A DNA stretch of 45,723 nt from Candidatus Bathyarchaeia archaeon (GTDB taxonomy: Archaea; Thermoproteota; Bathyarchaeia; Bathyarchaeales; Bathycorpusculaceae). Each line of letters begins with the position of its first letter. Within the stretch, counting starts at the first letter, position 1. Location: positions 1 through 45,723 of the forward strand of contig JBMFMB010000013.1 of the NCBI GenBank assembly GCA_049970895.1. Reading direction: 5' to 3'. This document shows positions 37,388 through 45,575 of this stretch, piece after piece. The notes below the pieces were generated by a model. The model did not search any database, was not told the origin of the DNA, and worked only from the letters and a program-made list of their open reading frames with translations. A program made the translations under genes and the position numbers.

Positions 37388-38636
37388 CCTTTGAAAGGCA
37401 TTTGGGCTCATAATCAATCAGGCGTCCAAGCCTACTGTCATTAGAGAAGGCTTCTCTAATAAGGGTGCGCGTTACCTCCATGCGGATCTTCTTTGTCCGT
37501 CCATAACGCCCCATGCTAACAACTTGCGCATTCAACAGCCCTAAAGCATCAAGTTCATTAACCAAAGTGCTTACCCGCCTCTGAGTTAGGGGCGTCACAG
37601 CCAATTCGCTGCAAAGCTCATTGTACACCTCATATATTTCACCAGTGACTGCGCGGTAACCGTTCGCCCTAACAAGGTGGTAGACACTTAACATTACAAG
37701 TTTTGAATGCAGGGTCAAATTTGCCAAGGCATCAACAACACGATTATGCTCTATAAGCCTTTCAGCCTCGCGCACATGCTCCTCTGTAACAGTGTTAGCA
37801 CCTTTACGTTCAGCAACTTCACCAGCAACCCTAAGCAAGTCCAAGGCCCTTCTAGCATCACCATGCTCAGCAGCAGCCAAAGCTGCACAGAGGCTAAGGG
37901 CTCCTTCGCTAAGGGCACCTTCAAGGAAGGCCATCCGCGCCCGCTCAGCCAAAATGTTCCGCAGTTCAGTCGCATTGTAGGGTCTAAAAACTATTTCTTC
38001 CTCACTTAGCGAGCTTAAAACCCGCGGGTCCAAGAACTCTTTTAGGCGTAAGTCGTTGGATATGCCTATTAAAGAGACTTTGCTGCGGACCAATGTTTCG
38101 TTTATTCTTGTAAGCTCGTAGAGGAGGATGTCGCTTCGGGCCTTTACTAAAGCGTCCACCTCGTCGAGGGCTATAAGCAAGATTCTTTTAGTCACGTCCA
38201 AACCATGCTTAAACCTGTCAAAAACCTCGCCCAAAGAAAGCCCGGTAAATGGAACTGTTAGGTTAATACTGTGGCATAAGCTTGCAACAACTCGATACTC
38301 TGTCCCAGCCAAACGACAGTTTACATAGCAGAAACTCACAGGCGCCCCGATCTCTTTTGCTTTTGCCTCTAAACGGCTCAAAACATACTTTGTTACAGCC
38401 GTTTTACCAGTCCCAGTCTTCCCATAAACAAAAATGTTGGAACAGCGTGCACCTTTTAAAACAGGTGCTATAGCCTCCCCAAGCCTCCGAATCTGATCTT
38501 CACGATGGGGAAGCCTTTCAGGCAAGTAATCATGGCGAAGAACCTCTCTGTCCTTAAACACGCCCGTTGCACTGCAAATTCTATTGAATACCTCGTCAAG
38601 TATACCTAAATCGTTCATGAACTTACCCTTCCTCAT
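37368..38636 (-). CDS. cdc6: Orc1/Cdc6 replication initiator
   Basis: LPHRE, Walker A GKTGTGKT, Walker B LDEVD, GDARRA, C-terminal wHTH with GRYGRT. Confidence 0.97.
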   Translation of the reverse strand: MRKGKFMNDLGILDEVFNRICSATGVFKDREVLRHDYLPERLPHREDQIRRLGEAIAPVLKGARCSNIFVYGKTGTGKTAVTKYVLSRLEAKAKEIGAPVSFCYVNCRLAGTEYRVVASLCHSINLTVPFTGLSLGEVFDRFKHGLDVTKRILLIALDEVDALVKARSDILLYELTRINETLVRSKVSLIGISNDLRLKEFLDPRVLSSLSEEEIVFRPYNATELRNILAERARMAFLEGALSEGALSLCAALAAAEHGDARRALDLLRVAGEVAERKGANTVTEEHVREAERLIEHNRVVDALANLTLHSKLVMLSVYHLVRANGYRAVTGEIYEVYNELCSELAVTPLTQRRVSTLVNELDALGLLNAQVVSMGRYGRTKKIRMEVTRTLIREAFSNDSRLGRLIDYEPKCLSKVAGGRN

Positions 38637-38770
38637 GAATTCAGCTTTAACTGCAAAGTGCGTACACCCTCTGCATTAAGTGTTAAGATAAGGTCTGTCA
38701 TACAGAAAAGTGAACAAGCAACAGAAAAATCCTAAAAGTTTATGAAAAATCTCAAACCAGAAAGAAGGGA

Positions 38771-38792
38771 CACCCCTCAGTTTCTTCTGGAA
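38771..38792 (-). promoter_or_regulatory. Origin recognition box ORB1
   Basis: Reverse complement TTCCAGAAGAAACTGAGGGGTG matches the TTCCA---GAAA----GGGGT consensus. Confidence 0.88.
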
Positions 38793-38959
38793 AAATCTTA
38801 AATTGCTAGTTATTAACTCTCGTTTCTTTTAAAAAAGAAAATACTCTAAAAGGTTAAGCTTTCTTAAAGTTAAAAAGAGCTCTCGTAGAAGTTTTTATAC
38901 CTAAGTTAAAAATGTTTAATGGTCCAAAACCTCAGCTAAAACCCCTTTTTTAACTTGAT

Positions 38960-38980
38960 TTCCAGTAGAAATTATGGGGT
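38960..38980 (+). promoter_or_regulatory. Origin recognition box ORB2
   Basis: TTCCAGTAGAAATTATGGGGT. Confidence 0.88.
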
Positions 38981-39009
38981 ATCCCCGCAGCGCCTTTCAC
39001 CCTAAACAG

Positions 39010-39036
39010 CTCAATCATCAATTCCTCAATCATCAA
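39010..39036 (+). repeat. 12-bp direct repeat CTCAATCATCAA x2
   Basis: Copies at 39010-39021 and 39025-39036. Confidence 0.85.
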
Positions 39037-39176
39037 CTACACTGAATTGCATTAAATCATTTCTTAGTTTCCTTCACTGTTAGTGAAAACATTGTGAAGT
39101 TTAGTCGGTTTTGTTGTTTTTCCATCTTTAATTTCATCAATATTACCATTTTTGTGTCTCTCCTTCGTGAAAATGC

Positions 39177-39198
39177 CACCCTCCATTTTCTATTGGAA
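39177..39198 (-). promoter_or_regulatory. Origin recognition box ORB3
   Basis: Reverse complement TTCCAATAGAAAATGGAGGGTG. Confidence 0.8.
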
Positions 39199-39383
39199 AT
39201 TGCAAATTAAAATCGTTTTCCCTCCGTTTGCCTTGAGAGTTTTTCTGTGAAGTTTGTGATTCAAAATCTTTGCAAATTAACCTTATTATACAATTTCAAA
39301 GGTTTAATGACCTTTTCTATATTTCTATTTTCACCGTAATACCTATATTTTGTGAAGTGCAAACTTGTGAAACGACCTAACGG

Positions 39384-39833
39384 GTGCCATTAATAGTGCC
39401 AGCGAGGAAAATGCGGATCGAAGTATTCGACAGCGAAGGCAACAAATATAGTATAGCCTTTGAGGGGCAGATCACACGCGATAAAGCCCTTCGTTTATTA
39501 GACTTGGTGGAGTTGTTAGGTGGGGTTTCATCAAGTGTATCAAACCCTGGGGGCAGTGTTACGGCGGTTGTTGAGAAGTCCAAATATGACAAAATGTTAG
39601 CAGTCCTTCAGAAGCACTTTCCAATTGTTTGGTTCACGTCAAAGGACGTTCAAATGGCTTATGAACAAGAGTTTAATGAACCAATAAGCCTTAGCACCGT
39701 AGCCACTTACCTTTCCAGAATGGCTAATAAGGGAATGCTCATAAAGGCTGGGGCCTCCAACCGCCTCAAATATAGAATTGCACCCAGCCCGTCGCAAGTT
39801 ATAGTGAGGCATCATATGCCAAACGAGGGTTAA
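39384..39833 (+). CDS. Hypothetical protein with C-terminal winged-helix domain
   Basis: Small N-terminal beta-beta-alpha-like domain, Gly/Ser linker, then FTSKDV...ISLSTVATYLSRMANKGML...KYRI wHTH pattern. Confidence 0.8.
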   Translation: MPLIVPARKMRIEVFDSEGNKYSIAFEGQITRDKALRLLDLVELLGGVSSSVSNPGGSVTAVVEKSKYDKMLAVLQKHFPIVWFTSKDVQMAYEQEFNEPISLSTVATYLSRMANKGMLIKAGASNRLKYRIAPSPSQVIVRHHMPNEG

Positions 39834-39839
39834 CGTGTT

Positions 39840-40553
39840 TTAGGCAGCTTCTGTTTCAGCTCTTTTCAAAATTCTTTCCATCTCTCTCTTTAAGCTATAT
39901 TTGAAGGGAATTTTGCTTGCATCCCTTTCCAAATATCCTTCCTCGTAAAGCTTCTTCATGAGCCTAGCCGTGTGTTCCCGGCTCAACTTGATTCTTTCCT
40001 TAATTTCAGGGGCTGTTTTAGGGCCTTCAGCGGCCAGCATCTCTAGCACTGCCAGCTCCGTTTCTGTCAGTTGAGCTAATGCTTTTTCCCTCTTTATGGG
40101 TATGGCCGTTTCAACCCACAGTTCAGGGGAAGCCGACACTTTTTGAGTTTTCTCCTCAATGACTGAAACTTTTTTGAGGATCTCCTTATGCGACTCAGTG
40201 ATGTCACGCGTTTGCTTTTCCACGTCACTTAATCTTTTCAGCATTTGCTCCCTATCTTCAAGTAGCTTCTCCGCTTTGTTCTCCAAGAGTTTTAAACGAT
40301 TCTCCAGTTCTTTAACAACCCTTAATGCGTCGCTGCTCCTCGAAGAAGCGGCCTCAACCTTATAAGAAACAGTCTGCAAGTTCTCTGCTGCCCGTTTAAG
40401 TTCCCTACTAAAACTCAAGATTATATCGTTAAACGCTTCCTTAGCCTTCTCATACTCCCTCCTGATTTTAACAAGGCTTCTGTAATACTCAATGGCAGCA
40501 CCGACAGCCACAGCTAAAAAAATACAAGCGACAAAGATCAAAAGGTCAATCAT
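39840..40553 (-). CDS. Membrane-anchored coiled-coil protein with C-terminal winged helix
   Basis: SD GAGGTG then ATG at 40553; TM LLIFVACIFLAVAVGAAI; long heptad-like stalk; LTETELAVL...TAPEIK...SREHTARLMKKLYEEGYLER. Confidence 0.85.
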   Translation of the reverse strand: MIDLLIFVACIFLAVAVGAAIEYYRSLVKIRREYEKAKEAFNDIILSFSRELKRAAENLQTVSYKVEAASSRSSDALRVVKELENRLKLLENKAEKLLEDREQMLKRLSDVEKQTRDITESHKEILKKVSVIEEKTQKVSASPELWVETAIPIKREKALAQLTETELAVLEMLAAEGPKTAPEIKERIKLSREHTARLMKKLYEEGYLERDASKIPFKYSLKREMERILKRAETEAA

Positions 40554-40585
40554 GTAATGCACCTCGTGACTCTCCTGTAACGCGT

Positions 40586-40811
40586 TGTGACGGCCCAATC
40601 ATGTTACATCACACATCACAGTTTTAGCACGCAAAGAACATTTAAGTATTGCGGTTTTATGAAAGTATGACATCACAAGTCACAAGCATATGCTCGGGCT
40701 GTGATTGTGGCGAAAGAAAAACGCTTATTTTCCGCCCCTTTTTTGGCTACCAACCCTGTTTAATGCTAAAGTGCGCGTATGCTTCTAGTGTTGTGTGATT
40801 TGTGATGTCAC
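40586..40811. repeat. Cluster of TGTGA / GTGATGTCAC-like motifs
   Basis: TGTGAC 40586, GTTACATCAC 40603, ACATCACA 40613, ATGACATCAC 40667, TCACA 40680, TGTGAT 40700 and 40794, GTGATGTCAC 40802. Confidence 0.75.
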
Positions 40812-41323
40812 GCAAGGCCTTCCGAAGGCCTTGAAAGTATTTTTAGGCTATTTTCGAGCTCCTCTCTTAGCGTTTTTAGTAATTTTACTTGTTCTTCTGG
40901 TTGCTCCGTCTTATTTGGTAATTCTTTGTGGGCTTCTATGTATTCCTGCAGTTTGTTTGCAATTTCAATATATTGATCAAGAGCTGTGCTTTCAAATATT
41001 CCCAAGTACCCTAAAAGCAGCACAGTGTAGATAGCCTTTACCACGTTTTCTTGGGCTTGTCTTAATGTTCTGTTGAAGGCTCCGCGGCTTATTTTTGCCT
41101 TTGTTAGCCGTAATCTGGCTTTTTCATCGTACTTTAGTGGTTTTCCCGCAATATTTTCGGCTAAAATGTCTATTAAAAGTGTTTCTAGTTGCGTTTTTGT
41201 TAAGTGGCTGTTTTTTGCCAGTATTTTGACTATGGGGTCTTCTAGAGACTTTTTTAACCATAATTGAACGCTGTTCTTCAACATTTCTGCTTTACACTCT
41301 TGGCTCATGCTCATCGAATACAC
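40808..41323 (-). CDS. Hypothetical protein with probable HTH and C-terminal helical region
   Basis: SHLTKTQLETL...ISRGAFNRTLRQA HTH-like segment, short hydrophobic stretch YTVLLLGYLGIF, charged helix. Confidence 0.75.
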   Translation of the reverse strand: MYSMSMSQECKAEMLKNSVQLWLKKSLEDPIVKILAKNSHLTKTQLETLLIDILAENIAGKPLKYDEKARLRLTKAKISRGAFNRTLRQAQENVVKAIYTVLLLGYLGIFESTALDQYIEIANKLQEYIEAHKELPNKTEQPEEQVKLLKTLREELENSLKILSRPSEGLA

Positions 41324-41430
41324 TTTTGTATACTAGCGTTAAAAAGAGTTTTGTTTTTGACGTTAAAACGACACCCTTCGGGTCGCAACTATTATATGCT
41401 GAGCTGTGTAGCACGTAATAAGGAGAGCGT

Positions 41431-42612
41431 TTGAAATTGTCCTTTAAGGCGGCTGAACGCCTAAAAGGCATAAAGCCCTCTGGAATTCGCCGATTTTTTG
41501 CTGCGGCCCAAGAAATTCCAGGCATTATTAATTTAAGTGTTGGAGAGCCGGATTTTACCCCACCAATGCATGCTTTAGAAGGAGGCTGGAAGGCTACACT
41601 GACGGGTAAAACGCACTATGCTCCGACTAACGGCATTCCGGAACTTCGAGAGGCTTTAGCGGAGAAGGTCTATAAAGAATATGGCCTTGAGTATGACCCA
41701 AACTCTGAGATATTGGTGACAGTTGGCGCGACAGAGGCGATTTCCCTCGCCTTAATAGCACTCGTAAACCCCGGTGATGAGGTGCTGATCCCTAATCCTG
41801 GTTTTGTATGCTATGAGCCCAGCGTTAGATTGGCAGGCGGTGTTCCCATATCAATTCCATGTCTCGAGAAGAACAAATTTAAGCCCTCCATTGACAATGT
41901 GACGTCACTTATCACCAGAAAATCACGCGTGATTATTCTGAACTATCCAAACAATCCAACGGGAGTTGTTCTCTCCCGTGATGAACTTGCGGAGTTAGCA
42001 AAAATTGCTGTTGAGCATGACTTAATTGTGATTTCCGACGAAGTTTACGAAAAAATAATCTATGATGAAGAGAAGCATCAATGTTTGGCAACGTTTCCGG
42101 AAATGAGGGAGCGCACCCTCATAGTGAATTCGTTTTCTAAAACTTATGCCATGACTGGATTGAGGATCGGCTATGTTTATGGGCCCAAACAGCTTATAGC
42201 CCCACTTTGGCTTTGCCACCAGTACTTTGTTGCTTGTGTGGATACTTTTGCGCAATATGCCGCTTTAGCAGCCCTAAAAGGGCCCCAAGACTTTGTTAAA
42301 GATATGGTGGCTGAGTTTGATAGACGGAGGCGTTTTGTTTTCAAAAGGCTTAATGAGATTGGCGGATTTGGCTGCGTTCTTCCAAAAGGTGCTTTTTACA
42401 TGTTCCCTAGCATAAAGGCTTTTGGAATGTCTTCAGAGGAGTTTGCCCAATTCTTGCTTAAAGAGGCATGCGTTGCCACCGTTCCGGGCTCTGCTTTTGG
42501 TTCTTACGGTGAAGGCTACATTAGAATTTCTTATGCCGCAGCTTATGAACAGTTGGAAGAAGCTTTAAACCGCATAGAGAAAGCCGTGGAAAAACTTAAG
42601 GGCTCTATTTAA
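41431..42612 (+). CDS. PLP-dependent class I/II (aspartate-type) aminotransferase
   Basis: GEPDF, NPGDEV, PNNPTG, SDEVY, SKTYAMTGLRIG. Confidence 0.94.
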   Translation: MKLSFKAAERLKGIKPSGIRRFFAAAQEIPGIINLSVGEPDFTPPMHALEGGWKATLTGKTHYAPTNGIPELREALAEKVYKEYGLEYDPNSEILVTVGATEAISLALIALVNPGDEVLIPNPGFVCYEPSVRLAGGVPISIPCLEKNKFKPSIDNVTSLITRKSRVIILNYPNNPTGVVLSRDELAELAKIAVEHDLIVISDEVYEKIIYDEEKHQCLATFPEMRERTLIVNSFSKTYAMTGLRIGYVYGPKQLIAPLWLCHQYFVACVDTFAQYAALAALKGPQDFVKDMVAEFDRRRRFVFKRLNEIGGFGCVLPKGAFYMFPSIKAFGMSSEEFAQFLLKEACVATVPGSAFGSYGEGYIRISYAAAYEQLEEALNRIEKAVEKLKGSI

Positions 42613-43442
42613 AGTTCTTCCGCCTTTTCCTTCAGCTTATCAAAGAGTTCTGGGCGTAAGTCTTTCAAAGTTGGGACAAATGTTTCCACTGGCTTAATGT
42701 CCGCATAGTCCACTTCGCCCACCACGAGGTCTTCCTCATCATATTTTGCCTTTACAGTGATTTTTCCGTTGGGGGCTATTAGCCTGCTTCCACCCCAGAA
42801 CTGCAACCCGTCTTCTATGCCTACAAGATTGACATAAGCTAGAAATGCTGCATTTTCGATGGCTCTTGCAACAGTTAGTGTTTCGAAAAATGCTCTGCGG
42901 ACGGCTGGTGAGGCTGATATACAAACAATCATTTGTGCGCCTTCTAAGCGTGTTAGCCTGCAAACTTCTGGAAAGAATATGTCATAGCATATAATTAGCC
43001 CAATCCTTCCAATGTCCGTTTCAAATGCTTCAGCCTGATAGCCTGGCCTAAAATACCTCTTTTCCTCGAAAACGCTGTGAGTTGGGAGATGCATTTTCCT
43101 ATACTTTCCGATATAGCCTTCTGGTCCAACGAGGACTGCGGTGTTGTAAATTGTTGCTTGTGTTTTTTGGCTGATTTCTGGCATTCCAAAAACGATATAG
43201 GTTTCATGCTTTTTTGCGATTTTTTCCATGGCACTTGTTGATGAACCGGGAATTTTTTCTGCTAAATCGAAAAGTTCGTCCCTTATTATGTATCCCGTTA
43301 GCGAGAGTTCAGGGAAAATAACGAGGTCTGCTCCTCGCTGTTTTGCTTTGTCAGTGTACTCCTCCATTTTTTGTATGTTTGCCTTTTTGTCTCCTCTTTT
43401 GCAGCTTATTTGGGCTAGGGCGACTAAGAATTTCTCTTTCAC
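42609..43442 (-). CDS. Carbon-nitrogen hydrolase (nitrilase family), candidate glutaminase partner of NadE
   Basis: Glu-Lys-Cys triad: FPEL, YRKMHL, ICYD. Confidence 0.9.
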   Translation of the reverse strand: MKEKFLVALAQISCKRGDKKANIQKMEEYTDKAKQRGADLVIFPELSLTGYIIRDELFDLAEKIPGSSTSAMEKIAKKHETYIVFGMPEISQKTQATIYNTAVLVGPEGYIGKYRKMHLPTHSVFEEKRYFRPGYQAEAFETDIGRIGLIICYDIFFPEVCRLTRLEGAQMIVCISASPAVRRAFFETLTVARAIENAAFLAYVNLVGIEDGLQFWGGSRLIAPNGKITVKAKYDEEDLVVGEVDYADIKPVETFVPTLKDLRPELFDKLKEKAEEL

Positions 43443-43454
43443 AAGTTTCCTTCC

Positions 43455-44294
43455 TTAATATGTGAATGGTATCCTAAAATCAAATCCGACGGTCCTATAT
43501 TGAAGTTTTGTTGTTAAGGGCATTCTCCTCTTATGCTCCATTTTCTGCCAACGCTCTTTTACCCTTTCCACCAAGACTTTTTGCAAGCCCAACTGTTCCG
43601 CTATCTCTTCTGTTTTCATGAAATGCTCCAGCCCGTATAGAATGAGGTCTAATGTTTCATATTTTATCCCTAACTCTTCTTCTGCTGTTTGTCCAGGCCA
43701 AAGTGCTGGAGACGGCGGTTTTTCCACAATTTCTCTTGGTATGCCCATGTGCCTTGCAAGCTTTTGCACTTGGGTTTTGTATAGGTCCATTATTGGGGAT
43801 ATGTCTGCCGCCGCATCTCCCCATTTTGTGAAGTAACCCATCATTGTTTCCGACTTGTCAGAGCTTCCACACACTATTAAGTTTAGCTTGTTGGCGTAAT
43901 AGTAGAGATAGAGCATTCGTGTTCGCGCTTTTAAGTTGCCCTTGGAGAGCTTATCTTGATCATCAAAGACAAATATTGTCTTCTTAATCGCCTCTAATGC
44001 TGGTGTGATGTCTATGATTTCCGTTTTCAGTTCGAACTTTTCTGCCACGAGTTTTGCGTGTTTTATGTCTTTTGGGTTGTATGTTTCCTTCTCTGGGAGG
44101 ATAAGTCCCAAAACTTTATTTCCTCCGATGGCTTTTGCGGAGAGCGCTGCCACTGTGCTGCTGTCTATCCCACCGGAAAGCCCTAGCACTATGCCTTTTG
44201 CCTTCGCCTTTTCCACATAATCCCTTATGAAGCGTGTTATTTTCGCCTCTACTTCCATCCAGTCCAGTTCTAAAACTGATGGTGTCAGTTTCAA
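43455..44294 (-). CDS. nadE: NAD+ synthetase (single-domain)
   Basis: GLSGGIDS, N-KAR-RM, GYFTKWGD, KTQV, PSPAL. Confidence 0.95.
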   Translation of the reverse strand: MKLTPSVLELDWMEVEAKITRFIRDYVEKAKAKGIVLGLSGGIDSSTVAALSAKAIGGNKVLGLILPEKETYNPKDIKHAKLVAEKFELKTEIIDITPALEAIKKTIFVFDDQDKLSKGNLKARTRMLYLYYYANKLNLIVCGSSDKSETMMGYFTKWGDAAADISPIMDLYKTQVQKLARHMGIPREIVEKPPSPALWPGQTAEEELGIKYETLDLILYGLEHFMKTEEIAEQLGLQKVLVERVKERWQKMEHKRRMPLTTKLQYRTVGFDFRIPFTY

Positions 44295-44396
44295 GGGGTT
44301 TCATCCTCAATGCTTATGGGATTAGGCAAGTATTTAAGGACGAAGATGGAATAATGAATAGATGTGCCTTGAACACTATGCATGAAGGATTGGTGT

Positions 44397-44666
44397 ATGG
44401 GGCGTAGAAGGCGGAAAGTTATCCGCATTCCAAAGAAACGTTTGCCAAAATTTTTCTCTTGCCCCATTTGTGGAAAGGCGTCAGTTCGTGTTGAAATGTT
44501 TAGGGATGAAGGGAGAGCTATTGTAAGTTGCGGCAACTGTGGCGCAAAGGAAGAGTTTCCAGTTAAGGGTGCCCTCGGCGAGATAGATGTTTACTGCATG
44601 TTCACTGACAAAATCTACGGCGGAATAAAGAGACTGCCCGCCCCGGAAGTTAAGGGATCTCAATAG
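44397..44666 (+). CDS. Transcription elongation factor Elf1 homolog
   Basis: MGRRRRK, F-CP-C...CGNC, IDVYC-F-D. Confidence 0.88.
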   Translation: MGRRRRKVIRIPKKRLPKFFSCPICGKASVRVEMFRDEGRAIVSCGNCGAKEEFPVKGALGEIDVYCMFTDKIYGGIKRLPAPEVKGSQ

Positions 44667-44670
44667 AAGG

Positions 44671-45435
44671 ATGGTTAGCGCCTTGATAGGTGCTGTTGAA
44701 AAATATTTGCTTGATAGAATCAGCTCGGAAGGGTCAATTCACATAACCCTCATAGATCCTGAAAAGGTTACGCCTTCCCAAGCGTTGACCATTGCCAGAA
44801 AGGCTAGGGCAAGTGGGACGTCGGCAATAATGATTGGAGGCTCCACTTTTATTTCGACTAAACATTTGGATGATGTTGTTAAAACCATTAAGCGGGCTGT
44901 AGATGTCCCAGTAATTCTATTTCCAAATAATGTTACGAGCATAAGCCGCTATGCAGATGCCATATGGTTCATGTCCCTCCTAAACTCTGTCGATCCGTAC
45001 TTTATAATTGGCGCGCAGGTTTTAGGTGCACCTTTAATCAAGCGATATCGTCTTGAACCAATCCCATTAGGCTATATTATTGTTGGTGAGGGTGGAACCG
45101 CTGGCATTGTTGGGAAGGCTGTTCCAATACCCTATGACAAGCCAGAATTAGCTGTTGCCCACGCCTTGGCAGGGCAGTATTTGGGCATGCGCTTCATCTA
45201 TCTCGAGGCTGGCTCCGGCGCTAAAAAGCCAGTTCCAAAAGAGATGATCCACGCTGTGAAGAAAAGTATAGATATTCCACTAATTGTTGGCGGAGGAATA
45301 AGAACACGAGCGCAAGCGCTGGCGGCGGCGTCGGCTGGCGCGGATATCATCGTTACTGGCAATGTTGTTGAGAACGGGCAAGTTAAGGACAAAGTTTCGG
45401 AGATTGTGGAGGGCTTAAAGAGCTGTAAAACGTAA
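44671..45435 (+). CDS. Geranylgeranylglyceryl phosphate synthase
   Basis: LIDPEK, IGGST, ILFP, YLEAGSGA, VGGGIR, VTGN. Confidence 0.94.
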   Translation: MVSALIGAVEKYLLDRISSEGSIHITLIDPEKVTPSQALTIARKARASGTSAIMIGGSTFISTKHLDDVVKTIKRAVDVPVILFPNNVTSISRYADAIWFMSLLNSVDPYFIIGAQVLGAPLIKRYRLEPIPLGYIIVGEGGTAGIVGKAVPIPYDKPELAVAHALAGQYLGMRFIYLEAGSGAKKPVPKEMIHAVKKSIDIPLIVGGGIRTRAQALAAASAGADIIVTGNVVENGQVKDKVSEIVEGLKSCKT

Positions 45436-45575
45436 CCCTCAGCACCATCTAATGTTGCATATTCTTGTACAAAAATTGGTAGTTTAATGGTTTAAGGTAA
45501 TGAGGCTTTGCTTTTTATGTGTTAGAAAACAAAAATATGCCGCCGCCTTTAAAATGTGTACCGAGCGTTGGTTGA

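Larger units (their letters stand above)
38637..39383. other. Chromosomal replication origin (oriC)
   Basis: ~750-bp AT-rich, ORF-free region upstream of cdc6 with three ORB elements in alternating orientation. Confidence 0.88.

Noticed and set aside
38637-39383. Possible CRISPR array or hidden gene in the long intergenic region
   Set aside because: No regularly spaced 24-40 bp repeats and no sizeable ORF; ORBs plus cdc6 explain it as an origin.
41369-41385. Small hairpin CGACACCCTTCGGGTCG between divergent genes
   Set aside because: Too short and imperfect to call an ncRNA or terminator.
538-45392. Numerous 60-160 aa antisense or alternate-frame ORFs in the track (e.g. 1296-1739, 16604-17098, 31539-32024)
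   Set aside because: Shadows of well-supported conserved genes, with no recognisable motifs.
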